Shown piece by piece: positions 25,603-34,035 of a stretch of DNA of 64,000 bases (its first letter is position 1; every line of letters begins with the position of its first letter). Source of the stretch: Candidatus Eiseniibacteriota bacterium (GTDB taxonomy: Bacteria; Eisenbacteria; RBG-16-71-46); contig JBBRLX010000018.1 in assembly GCA_038231135.1 (NCBI GenBank), positions 8,601 to 72,600 on the forward strand. The letters run 5' to 3'. The notes under the pieces were generated by a model. That model saw only the letters and a list, made by a program, of their open reading frames with translations, was not told the DNA's origin and did not search any database. Position numbers and translations under genes: made by a program.

Positions 25603-26787
25603 TCAAATCGCCGGTCGGCGGAGCAGCGCGGACAGCGGCACGAGGCTGATGCCCTTCAGGTGTTTCACGTCGAGAGCTTTCGGCAGCCAGGTCCGGGTGA
25701 GCGGCGTGGCGCGCACCATCACGAGCAGCTGGCCGCGCACACGGGCGAGCGCCAGCAGCTGCGTCCAGCGCTTGTCGAGCACGGCGGGCCGGCTGTGCGC
25801 CTCGTAGTCGAGCACGGCGCCCGGTTCCTCGTACGACACGCCGAGCGCCGAGGCGAGCGGCCGGCACACCGCCCCCGCGGCCGGCTGCATGTGCAGGAAC
25901 GGGACCCGTTCGCGATGCAGTTCGCGGTAGACCGCCGACATGACGGTCATATCCTGGGTGGCGAGCGAGCCCAGATGGTTCGCCACCGCCGCCACCGGGC
26001 CCGCCTGCTCGAGATACCGGCGCACGAGGCCGCTGATCTGGGCGGATTTCATGCTCACGAGGATGGTGCCCGGGCCGGGGTTCACCTGCGGGTAGTTGAT
26101 GGGCTCGAGCGGCAGGTGCAGCACCAGCTCGCGTTCCGCACCACGCGCGTCGCGGAACAGCGCTTCGCTGTCCTTGTCACCGGGCGGGATCGCGACCGCG
26201 AACGGCACCGGCAGGGCGAAGAACGCGTGCGCAGCGTCGAGGTCGTCGCCGAACCCGTAGACCACCACCGACAGCCGGGCGCTGCTCTCGACGGGGTCGG
26301 CGCCCACCACGACGGGGACGCGGGCGAGCGCCAGCTCGTGGGTGGCGCGGCCGGACACGCCGAGGGTGAGCACGACCTGCGGCTCGCCCCGCCGGCCGAA
26401 CCGCTCGCGCCCGTCCAGCACATCGATGCCGCTGGCGGCGAGCGACCGGGTGACGGCGTAGTTCGCCTGGATCAGCGAAGCGTCGGGTTTGAGGCCGGCG
26501 CGCAGCCGGACGCGGGCCCCCGCCGGCTCTCCCTCGCCAAAATCGACGGAGCCCACGCTGTCCGCCGGGATCCCGGCGACGTCGAGTGCCTTGCGGAGCT
26601 CCCGGCCCACGAGCAATGTCAGGCGGGCGGGGTCCGTCCAGGGCAGGAAGCGGGCGGCAGCCAGTTGCCCGCGCGGGGAGCGCATCACGAGCCAGCCCTC
26701 TCCGGCGACGAACACGGCGATGGCAATCATCGCCAGCAGGGCGATCCGGCCCGGCGATACCAGGCGCTTGGACTTACGTTTGGGCAT
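25603..26787 (-). CDS. Divergent polysaccharide deacetylase (YibQ-like)
   Basis: 394 aa with an N-terminal anchor. The C-terminal domain has ...RELVLHLPLEPINYP...GPGTILVSM...NHLGSLATQD..., the YibQ-family motifs (H-x-P-x-E-P, NHMGS). Confidence 0.75.
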   Translation of the reverse strand: MPKRKSKRLVSPGRIALLAMIAIAVFVAGEGWLVMRSPRGQLAAARFLPWTDPARLTLLVGRELRKALDVAGIPADSVGSVDFGEGEPAGARVRLRAGLKPDASLIQANYAVTRSLAASGIDVLDGRERFGRRGEPQVVLTLGVSGRATHELALARVPVVVGADPVESSARLSVVVYGFGDDLDAAHAFFALPVPFAVAIPPGDKDSEALFRDARGAERELVLHLPLEPINYPQVNPGPGTILVSMKSAQISGLVRRYLEQAGPVAAVANHLGSLATQDMTVMSAVYRELHRERVPFLHMQPAAGAVCRPLASALGVSYEEPGAVLDYEAHSRPAVLDKRWTQLLALARVRGQLLVMVRATPLTRTWLPKALDVKHLKGISLVPLSALLRRPAI

Positions 26788-27179
26788 GGAATGAAATTCG
26801 CACGTTACGGGCCTGCCGGGGGGGCGTCAACGTCCGTGACCATGGACCGTCGATGGCCGATTTCACGGGCGTGGATGCCTCCCCGCTCCGCATCCGGCCG
26901 GGTTCGCGGCACTGCCCGGATGCACACTTCCGGGACGGCAGCGTGGCCCGGCGGTCGTGCGGAGTTCCGGATTCGCCCTGCGAAATGCAAGGTCTGGCGG
27001 ATCAGGTTACGGCTCGCGGTGCGAGCGGGCGTTCTGCCTGTGGAGTCGCGTCATTTTTGCACATATGTGACACTCAATTGCAGGTCGAATGACAGGCTCA
27101 TACCTGCGACGGCCGATAGTCTTCGCGTAGCGCATCGCGTCCCCAACGCGAGAAATTCCACCGGCTCTGGAGGTGTATC

Positions 27180-28028
27180 GTGAATCGCAGGCTACTCGTC
27201 GTGCTTTCGGCCGGGGCAGCCATTGCCTGTGCGGCCTATGCCGTGTACGCGTGCAGCGACAAGACAGGTACTAGCGCCAGCAACGTGTCGGTCACGGCCT
27301 CGGGCAATGCCGCGTGTACGGCCGCGTGCAAGGCCCATGGCGCCAAGAGTGGTGCCACGGGCGCCTCCACGGCGGACATGACCGCCAGGTGCCCCTACCA
27401 CGATTCGAATGCCGCGGTGACAGCGAGCGCCTCGGGCGCCTGCTCCCATGCTTCCGGAGCGTCGGCGACCCGGGCGTCCGGTGCCGGCGCGATGACGGCG
27501 GGCACGGGTTCCTGCAGCGCGCACTCGATGGCATCGGCGTCGGGCTCCTGCGCCCACAAGGGCGCCGCGGCGGCGTTCGAGGCGATGTCACCGGGCGGCA
27601 GCTCGTGCGGCGGCAAGGGCGTTGGCACGATGGCGAGCCACAGCGCGATGCGCGACTGCGACGCCTGCGCCGACATGGCTAACTGCGAGTCCGAGCTCAA
27701 GAGTGCGGGCTCGAACTTCCAGGTCGTGCCGCTCAAGAACGGCGTGATGTACGTGTACACCGCCGACGGTCCCCGGAACGTGCGCACCGTGCAGTCGGCG
27801 ATCGCGCGCCGCACCGAGCGCATCAACGCGATCGTGACGGCGGACAACGCCAAGCTGTGCCCGGACTGCAAGCAGATGCGCGGCGCGATGGCCAGCGGCA
27901 AGCTGACCCGCGAAGTCGTGAACATCGAAGGCGGCGCGATCAGCCTCGTGACCTCGACGGATCCGGCCATGGTCGCCCGTCTGTACGCGATGGCCGGCCT
28001 GTCGCCGCAAAAAGGCGTGAAGAGCTGA
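27180..28028 (+). CDS. Cys/His-rich putative lipoprotein, unknown function
   Basis: 282 aa with a GTG start 7 nt after GGAGG. Leader MNRRLLVVLSAGAAIACAAYAVYAC. A 150-aa Ala/Ser/Gly-rich region carries repeated C-x(1-3)-H and CxxC motifs: ACKAH, RCPYH, ACSH, SCSAH, SCAH, CDAC. It ends in a compact C-terminal domain containing CPDC. Confidence 0.65.
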   Translation: MNRRLLVVLSAGAAIACAAYAVYACSDKTGTSASNVSVTASGNAACTAACKAHGAKSGATGASTADMTARCPYHDSNAAVTASASGACSHASGASATRASGAGAMTAGTGSCSAHSMASASGSCAHKGAAAAFEAMSPGGSSCGGKGVGTMASHSAMRDCDACADMANCESELKSAGSNFQVVPLKNGVMYVYTADGPRNVRTVQSAIARRTERINAIVTADNAKLCPDCKQMRGAMASGKLTREVVNIEGGAISLVTSTDPAMVARLYAMAGLSPQKGVKS

Positions 28029-28050
28029 GAGCGGTCCTCTCTGGGGCGCA

Positions 28051-28083
28051 GGGCCGGTCCGAAGTCGGGCCGGCCTTTCGTGT
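28051..28083 (+). terminator. Intrinsic terminator after the Cys-rich gene
   Basis: Stem GGCCGGTCC (28052-28060), loop GAAGTC, stem GGGCCGGCC (28067-28075). That is 9 bp including one G-U pair, followed by TTTCGTGTGT. Confidence 0.5.
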
Positions 28084-28135
28084 GTCGCCGCGCGAGACGG
28101 GTGCTGTCATGACCCGGGTGCGCTAGGGTTCGAGC

Positions 28136-29695
28136 ATGTCCGAATCCCGTTTCAGCCGTCGCGTGCTCATCGTGCTCGGCCTCGGCGTCGCGGTCCCCGC
28201 GCTGATCCTCGCCGGTCTCGGCGTGTTCCTCACCCTGCGCATCGCGCGGGTGATCGATCTCGAAAGCCTCAAGTACAACACCTACCTGTCGCAGCAGATC
28301 GCCGAGACGTTCGAGCAGGAGTTGATGGCGCACATGGTCCGCGACGTCGACCCGGCCGAGACCGCGGCGCGCAATGGCGCCACCGTCGGGCAGATCGTCA
28401 CCGGACTCGAGAGCGAAGGCGCCGAGTTCGAAGGCGCCCATCTGGTGCCGGTCGACCAACTCGACGGCTACTCGATGCTGACCGTCGCCGCGCAGCCGCT
28501 GGTGTTTGCGCCCGGCACCGGCGCGCGGCGCGATCAGTATTTCGTGGGCATCCTGCTGCGCGATCCCACCGGACAGATCGCCGGGGCGGGCGGTTGGTGG
28601 ATGAGCCCGCGGAAGTTCCTCACCGCGCATCTCGAACCCGTGATCCAGGACCGGCTGCCCGCCAACCCGCGGCTCTACGGCGGGTTCGAATCCACGCGCC
28701 GGCTGGCGGTGCAGCTGTTCGCCCCCAACAACGCCGAGATCGGCCGCGTGCGCACTCCCGGCCCGCCGGGGACGGCGCGGATCGAGGCGCTGCAGGGGCC
28801 GTTCGAAGGCTATTCGGTGCGCGTGTCGGCGACCGCCAATTCACCCGTGGTGTGGGCCGGCCGGTTCGTCCAGATCGAGCTGGCGTTCATCACGCTCATG
28901 GGGTTCGTGATCCTGATCGCCACCACGTTCGGGCTGCGCTACACGGTCCGGCAGCTCGAGCTCGCCCAGCTCAAATCGGGGTTCGTGTCGAACATCACCC
29001 ACGAGCTCAAGACGCCGATCGCGATCATCCGGCTGGCCGTGGAGTCGCTCGAGATGCGGCGCTACGCCACGATCGAGGAATCGCAGAAGTTCCTCGGGAT
29101 GATCTCGCGCGAGACCCTGCGGCTCAGCACGCTGGTCGAGAAGATCCTCGATTTCGCGCGGCTCGAGGCCGGCCAGCGGGTGTTCCGGTTCGAGCTCGTC
29201 GACATGGTGGAGCTGGTGCGGAGCGCCGTCGAGAGCCTGGCGCCGCGGATCGAGCACCAGGGGTTCACGCTGGAAGTCGCCCTGCCGGCGACGCTGTCGC
29301 CCGTGAACGGCGATCCCACGGCGCTCAGCCAGTGCGTCATCAATCTGCTGGACAACGCCATGAAGTATTCGCGGGAACGGAAGCTCATCCGGGTGGCCGC
29401 CGCGGAGCGGGACCACATGGTGCTGGTCTCCGTAACCGACAGGGGGATAGGCATTTCCCCCAACGACCAGAACAAGATCTTCGAGAAGTTCGTCCGGCTC
29501 GAAAACGGGCTGGTTCACGACGTGAAAGGCGCCGGACTGGGGCTGTCGCTCGTGACTCAGATCATCCGCGCCCACAATGGGCGCATCGAAGTGCAAAGCA
29601 CCCCCGGGGAGGGCAGCACATTCACGCTGGTTTTACCCGTGGCAAGCGGTATGGTATCCGATACCACCGAGGCTCGGCGGAAAACGGCCTCCTGA
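28136..29695 (+). CDS. Sensor histidine kinase with large periplasmic domain
   Basis: 519 aa. TM1 VLIVLGLGVAVPALILAGLGVFL, an extracytoplasmic domain of about 220 aa, and TM2. H-box GFVSNITHELKTPIAIIRLAVESL. N box NLLDNAMKYS. G boxes DRGIGIS and GAGLGLSLV. Confidence 0.9.
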   Translation: MSESRFSRRVLIVLGLGVAVPALILAGLGVFLTLRIARVIDLESLKYNTYLSQQIAETFEQELMAHMVRDVDPAETAARNGATVGQIVTGLESEGAEFEGAHLVPVDQLDGYSMLTVAAQPLVFAPGTGARRDQYFVGILLRDPTGQIAGAGGWWMSPRKFLTAHLEPVIQDRLPANPRLYGGFESTRRLAVQLFAPNNAEIGRVRTPGPPGTARIEALQGPFEGYSVRVSATANSPVVWAGRFVQIELAFITLMGFVILIATTFGLRYTVRQLELAQLKSGFVSNITHELKTPIAIIRLAVESLEMRRYATIEESQKFLGMISRETLRLSTLVEKILDFARLEAGQRVFRFELVDMVELVRSAVESLAPRIEHQGFTLEVALPATLSPVNGDPTALSQCVINLLDNAMKYSRERKLIRVAAAERDHMVLVSVTDRGIGISPNDQNKIFEKFVRLENGLVHDVKGAGLGLSLVTQIIRAHNGRIEVQSTPGEGSTFTLVLPVASGMVSDTTEARRKTAS

Positions 29696-29796
29696 AAGAA
29701 GTTGCGGGTTTGTTAAGTCCGCAGGCCAACTTCGGAAGCCCCACCACCGAACCTACCCGGGCCGTCTCCCCGGCAGCTCGATCGAAAGGAAACGCC

Positions 29797-30510
29797 ATGA
29801 AGAAAGTCCTGATCGTCGAAGACGAAGAAAGCATGCTCGAGGGGCTGGCTCACAATTTCCGGTTCGAGGGGTACGAAGTCATGACCGCCACGAACGGCAA
29901 CGAAGGGCTCAAGCTGGCGCTCAAGCAGAAGCCTGATGCGATCCTGCTCGACATCATGCTGCCCGAGAAGGACGGCTTCACGGTGCTCAAGGAACTGCGG
30001 CAGCGGCACCGCGACATCCCGGTGCTGGTGATGACCGCGCGCAACTTCGAGGCCGACGTGCTCAAGGGCTTCGACCTGGGCGCGGACGACTACGTGACGA
30101 AGCCGTTCGGCATCAAGGAAGTCATCGCGCGCGTGAAGCGGCTCGTCGAGCGCGGCACCGGTACCGCGCCCACGCTGCGCCCCACCACCTATTCGTTCGG
30201 CGACGTCGAAGTGCGTTTCGAGCCGCGCGAGGTGATGAAGTCCGGCAAACAGATCGCGCTCTCGTACAAGGAATTCGAGCTGCTCAAGTACCTGATCGAA
30301 CACCGCGGCCGCACCGTGTCGCGCGAGGAGCTGCTCGAGGAGATCTGGGGCGTCGACGAGGAGCTCGGCGTCACGACACGCACCGTCGATACCCACGTGT
30401 CGAACCTCAGGTCCAAGCTCGGCCAGGGCTTCCCGCAGCCGTTCATCGTCGCCGTGCACAAGGTCGGCTACAAGTTCGTCGAGCCGGAAGGCGCGAAGGC
30501 GACGGGGTAA
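29797..30510 (+). CDS. OmpR/PhoB-family response regulator
   Basis: MKKVLIVEDEESM...AILLDIMLPEKDGF...TARNFEADVLKGFDLGADDYVTKPF, plus a winged-helix output domain ...YKEFELLKYLIEHRGRTVSREELLEEIWG...TRTVDTHVSNLRSKL. Confidence 0.92.
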   Translation: MKKVLIVEDEESMLEGLAHNFRFEGYEVMTATNGNEGLKLALKQKPDAILLDIMLPEKDGFTVLKELRQRHRDIPVLVMTARNFEADVLKGFDLGADDYVTKPFGIKEVIARVKRLVERGTGTAPTLRPTTYSFGDVEVRFEPREVMKSGKQIALSYKEFELLKYLIEHRGRTVSREELLEEIWGVDEELGVTTRTVDTHVSNLRSKLGQGFPQPFIVAVHKVGYKFVEPEGAKATG

Positions 30511-30526
30511 TGGATCGAGGCTGGCG

Positions 30527-31519
30527 TCAGGATGACGCCGGCGGAGTTCCGCCCGCATTCGTGATGGCGTTCCCGGGATCCTGCGGCTCCACATAGTCCG
30601 CCGCGGCCCGGGCCAGCTTCGCGAACTCGTCGAGGCTCAGCGTTTCGCCGCGACGGGTGGGTGCGATGCCGGCGTGGCGGCACAGGCGCTCGACCTGGTC
30701 CTTCGTGATCCCGAGCGCCTCCTCGATCGTGCTCATGAGCTGCTTGCGGCGCATCTGGAACGAGCCGCGGATGATGCGGAACAGCAGCGCCTCGCTCGGC
30801 ACCTGCACCGGCGGTTCGTCGCGCAGGAAGAACCGCACCAGCATGCTGTCGACGGCGGGCCGGGGCCAGAACGCCGATGACTTGAGCGTCATGAGCGGCT
30901 CGAGCAGCGCGTAATAGCGCGCGAACAGCGTGAGCGAGCCGTATTCCGGCGTGCCGGGGGCGGCGCCCAGGCGCTCGGCGTACTCCTTCTGCACCAGCAG
31001 CACCGCCACGCGCACGACGGCGCGCTGCTCGAAGATCCGCTCGATCACCGGCGTCGTGATGTTGTAGGGAATGTTGCCGGCGACGAACAGCTTGTCGGCG
31101 CCGTGTTCGCGGGCGATCGCTCCGAGGTCGGCTTCCAGGAAGTCGCCCTCGACAATCGTGATGCGCGGCAGTTCGGCGAATTCCTCGCGCAGGTACTCGG
31201 CGAGGCCTGTGTCCTTCTCGATCGCGATCAGGTGGCGCGACCGGCTGGCGAGTGTCGCCGTCAGGGCGCCCGTGCCGGGGCCGATCTCGACCACCACGTC
31301 GTCCTCGCGGACGTGCGTGTGGTCCACGATGCGGCTCGCGAGCTCCGGGCGCACGAGGAAGTTCTGCCCGAACCGCCGGCGCGGCGACAGGCCGCGGGAT
31401 TCGAGGATGTCGCGCACCCGCGTGGGGCCGCCGGACTCGAGCGCCGCGCGTTCGCGCACGAACGCCGGGACGCGGCCGGGATGATCGGTGCTGGTGGGAC
31501 GTTTGCGGTTGCGGGGCAT
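30527..31519 (-). CDS. rsmA: 16S rRNA (adenine1518/1519-N6)-dimethyltransferase
   Basis: RFGQNFLVRPELASRIV...VVEIGPGTGALT...FVAGNIPYNITTPV...FWPRPAVDS, the canonical KsgA/RsmA motifs. It has an N-terminal basic extension of about 40 aa. Confidence 0.92.
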   Translation of the reverse strand: MPRNRKRPTSTDHPGRVPAFVRERAALESGGPTRVRDILESRGLSPRRRFGQNFLVRPELASRIVDHTHVREDDVVVEIGPGTGALTATLASRSRHLIAIEKDTGLAEYLREEFAELPRITIVEGDFLEADLGAIAREHGADKLFVAGNIPYNITTPVIERIFEQRAVVRVAVLLVQKEYAERLGAAPGTPEYGSLTLFARYYALLEPLMTLKSSAFWPRPAVDSMLVRFFLRDEPPVQVPSEALLFRIIRGSFQMRRKQLMSTIEEALGITKDQVERLCRHAGIAPTRRGETLSLDEFAKLARAAADYVEPQDPGNAITNAGGTPPASS

Positions 31520-31617
31520 GCTTCAGTGTACGCAACGCCCGGGCGGGAGCCGAACGGCGGCGGAACCTCCCAGCAGGCGCCGCGCAGGGCTGGCGGCGGA
31601 ACGGCGACCGCGTCTCG

Positions 31618-32676
31618 TTACGCGGGGCGACGCTGCGTGGCGTCGAGCGCTTCCTGAGCCATCTCGCGTGCGTAACGATCCTGGGACTCCAGCGCCTCGT
31701 CGCGCAGCGCGGCAGTGCCTTCGACGCCCAGTCGCGTCAGCGCATAGGCCGAATGCCGGCGCACCCACCACGAGGGATCGGTGAGCGACGCCGCCAGCTC
31801 GGGAACCGCGTCCGACACCCCGATGCGGCCGAGCGCGTGCGCGGCTTGCGCGCGCACTTCCCACGCGTCGTCACGCAGCGCGGCGATCAACGCGTCGGAA
31901 TGCGCGACCGAGCGCAGCCGGCCCAGCGCCCGCGCGGCGGCGACCCTGAGCTCCAGCTCGGGACGTGTGAGCCGCGCGCCGATCGCCGGGGCGGAGCCCA
32001 TGTCGCACGCGGCGCCCAGCCGCTCGATCACCGCGCGCTCGAGCGCGAGGTCGGAGATGCCGGCCGCCAGCCGTTGCGCGAGTATCGGCGTGGCGCCGGG
32101 GCCGAACGCGCGCAACATCGCGGTGCGGGCCCGCGACGGGCGCGCCGCGAAGTAGTAGTCGTGGTCGAAGATCCAGCGCAGCGCCCACGCGTCGCGCTGG
32201 CGCGCGAGCGCCATGACGGCCACGAACGAGACGCTGCTCGGTCCCTGCTCGAGCGCGCGGCGCAGCGCGCGGCGGACCGGCTTCGAAGGAATGAACGACA
32301 GCCGCCGTGCCGCCAGCTCCCGCCGCCACGGTGATTCGGTGCGGAGCAGGCGCCGCTCGTCGCGGATCGCGCGCGACCGCGACAGTGTGTCCGACAGCCG
32401 GCGCCATTGCTTGCGCGTGAGGTCGAGCTCCAGCGCCTCGAGCACGCTCCAGAACATCGTCTCGCCGGCGCTCCGCGCCTGGCGGCGCACCTGCTTCGGG
32501 TCGCCGCCGTCGCGCGCATAGCGGCGCCACGCGGCGACAAGCGTGGTCTGCCGCTCGCGCTGCAGGTGGCGATTGCGGCGTTCGGCCGCGCGCGCCACGC
32601 TGAGGATGCCGAACAACGCGGCCGCGAAGCAGCCCGCCGACAGCGTCCAGACCACCAATACCTGGGGATTGAGCAT
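31618..32676 (-). CDS. Membrane-anchored HEAT-repeat protein
   Basis: 352 aa with an N-terminal TM VVWTLSAGCFAAALFGILSV. The C-terminal PBS-lyase-type HEAT repeats are ...RVAAARALGRL...ALRDDAWEVRAQAAHALGRIG...LTDPSWWVRRHSAYALTRLG. Confidence 0.7.
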   Translation of the reverse strand: MLNPQVLVVWTLSAGCFAAALFGILSVARAAERRNRHLQRERQTTLVAAWRRYARDGGDPKQVRRQARSAGETMFWSVLEALELDLTRKQWRRLSDTLSRSRAIRDERRLLRTESPWRRELAARRLSFIPSKPVRRALRRALEQGPSSVSFVAVMALARQRDAWALRWIFDHDYYFAARPSRARTAMLRAFGPGATPILAQRLAAGISDLALERAVIERLGAACDMGSAPAIGARLTRPELELRVAAARALGRLRSVAHSDALIAALRDDAWEVRAQAAHALGRIGVSDAVPELAASLTDPSWWVRRHSAYALTRLGVEGTAALRDEALESQDRYAREMAQEALDATQRRPA

Positions 32677-32730
32677 GTACTGGGTTTTCGGCCCCGGGGG
32701 CGGGCCGCTTGAGGCCGGTCCCCGGGGGGG

Positions 32731-33507
32731 TCAGGGGGCGGGAGCCCCGATCGGGAGCCGGAACAGCTCGCGCGCGTTCGCCGTGGTGATGCGTTCGCCC
32801 TCGGCGGGGGTCCAGCCGCGCAGCTCGCACAGCTTGCGCAGCACCCGCCCGAGCAGCGCCGGTTCGTTCCGACGCAGCGAGCGCGGCTCGGGCTCGAGGT
32901 AGGGGGCGTCCGTCTCCAGCATCAGCATATCCGGCGGCGCGAGGCGCACCGCCTCCTCCAGTTCCGCGTGCCCGTAGGTGAGGCAGCCGCCCAGCCCCAG
33001 CTTGAATCCCAGCCGGTGCGCGCGCTCCATGGCGGCGGGGCCGTCGTCGAAGCAGTGCAGCACGCCCGCGGCCGAGGGCTTTGTCTCCTCGAGGATGGCA
33101 AAGGTGTCCTCGAGCGCCGATCGTTGATGGATCACCACCGGCAGGCCCGTGTCCTCCGCGAGCGCGAGCTGGGCGCGGAACCAGCGCTCCTGGTCCTCGC
33201 GCGGCGCATGGTCGCGGAAGAAGTCGAGGCCAGTCTCGCCGATCGCGACCACCCGCGCGTGGCCCGCATGATCGCGCAGTGTCGCGAGGTAGTCGTCGCC
33301 CACCTTCGCCGACTCGCTGGGATGAACGCCGACGCACAGGAACACGCTGGCGTGGAGCCGCGCCAGCTCGTGGGCCCGCGCGACGATTGCCGGGGCATAG
33401 GCGATCTCGATGAAGTGCCGCACACCGGTGTCGAACGCGCGCCGCAGCGCGTCCTCGCGGTCCTTGTCGAAGCGCTTGTCGCACAGGTGGCAATGGGTGT
33501 CGATCAT
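32731..33507 (-). CDS. tatD: TatD-family metal-dependent hydrolase
   Basis: MIDTHCHLCDKRFDKDREDAL...AIGETGLDF...QERWFRAQLALA...PVVIHQR...GVLHCF...ETDAPYL, the classic TatD/YabD motifs. Confidence 0.9.
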   Translation of the reverse strand: MIDTHCHLCDKRFDKDREDALRRAFDTGVRHFIEIAYAPAIVARAHELARLHASVFLCVGVHPSESAKVGDDYLATLRDHAGHARVVAIGETGLDFFRDHAPREDQERWFRAQLALAEDTGLPVVIHQRSALEDTFAILEETKPSAAGVLHCFDDGPAAMERAHRLGFKLGLGGCLTYGHAELEEAVRLAPPDMLMLETDAPYLEPEPRSLRRNEPALLGRVLRKLCELRGWTPAEGERITTANARELFRLPIGAPAP

Positions 33508-33594
33508 CGAACGGAACTCCCGCGGGCTCGAGCCGGGTGCGAACGGGCGCCTTCGTGATCGCGCGCGCGAAACGTGCTACCCATTCTCGCGATC

Positions 33595-33984
33595 ATGACC
33601 GACCACCCCCAGGACCCGCAATGCGCAGGGCCCGCCGCGATGGCGTTCGCCGCCGCCGTGGATGCCGGCGACTTCTCGACGGCGGCGAACCTGCTCGCGC
33701 CGGACTGCGAGTACCGGGCGCCGGGCGTGACGTTGCGCGGGCGCGACGTCGTGATTCAGCGGCTCGCGGCCGATTGGAATGCGCTGGGAGCGGAGTACGA
33801 CGACGTGCGGCGCGACAGCGAGCTGGAGCTGGATTCCGGCGATGCCGCCACGCTGCTGCGCACCGAATATCTGGTAAAGGCGGGCGGGGGATTCGAGCGA
33901 CGGCGGTACCGGTGGGAGATCACAGTCGACGTGGCCAGGCAGGTAGTTCGCGTCGTGAACTGGGGCGCGGATGATCTGAAGTGA
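33595..33984 (+). CDS. Small NTF2/SnoaL-like protein
   Basis: About 129 aa from ATG 33595; the track ORF starts at GTG 33574. It contains ...AFAAAVDAGDFSTAANLLAPDCEYRAPG..., the usual opening of SnoaL-like domains. The assignment is weak. Confidence 0.5.
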   Translation: MTDHPQDPQCAGPAAMAFAAAVDAGDFSTAANLLAPDCEYRAPGVTLRGRDVVIQRLAADWNALGAEYDDVRRDSELELDSGDAATLLRTEYLVKAGGGFERRRYRWEITVDVARQVVRVVNWGADDLK

Positions 33985-34035
33985 TGGCGCGGCACGTGGG
34001 CTGCACGGCCGCGCGTTACGGCGGCAGCCACCCGG

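Noticed and set aside
24793-27183. 796-aa plus-strand ORF
   Set aside because: It is antisense to the glycogen-debranching-type and YibQ-like genes. It has Arg/Gly/His-rich composition and no motifs.
31871-33493. 540-aa minus-strand ORF across the HEAT-repeat and tatD genes
   Set aside because: It is out of frame with both recognisable genes, and its composition is dominated by R/A/G/P.
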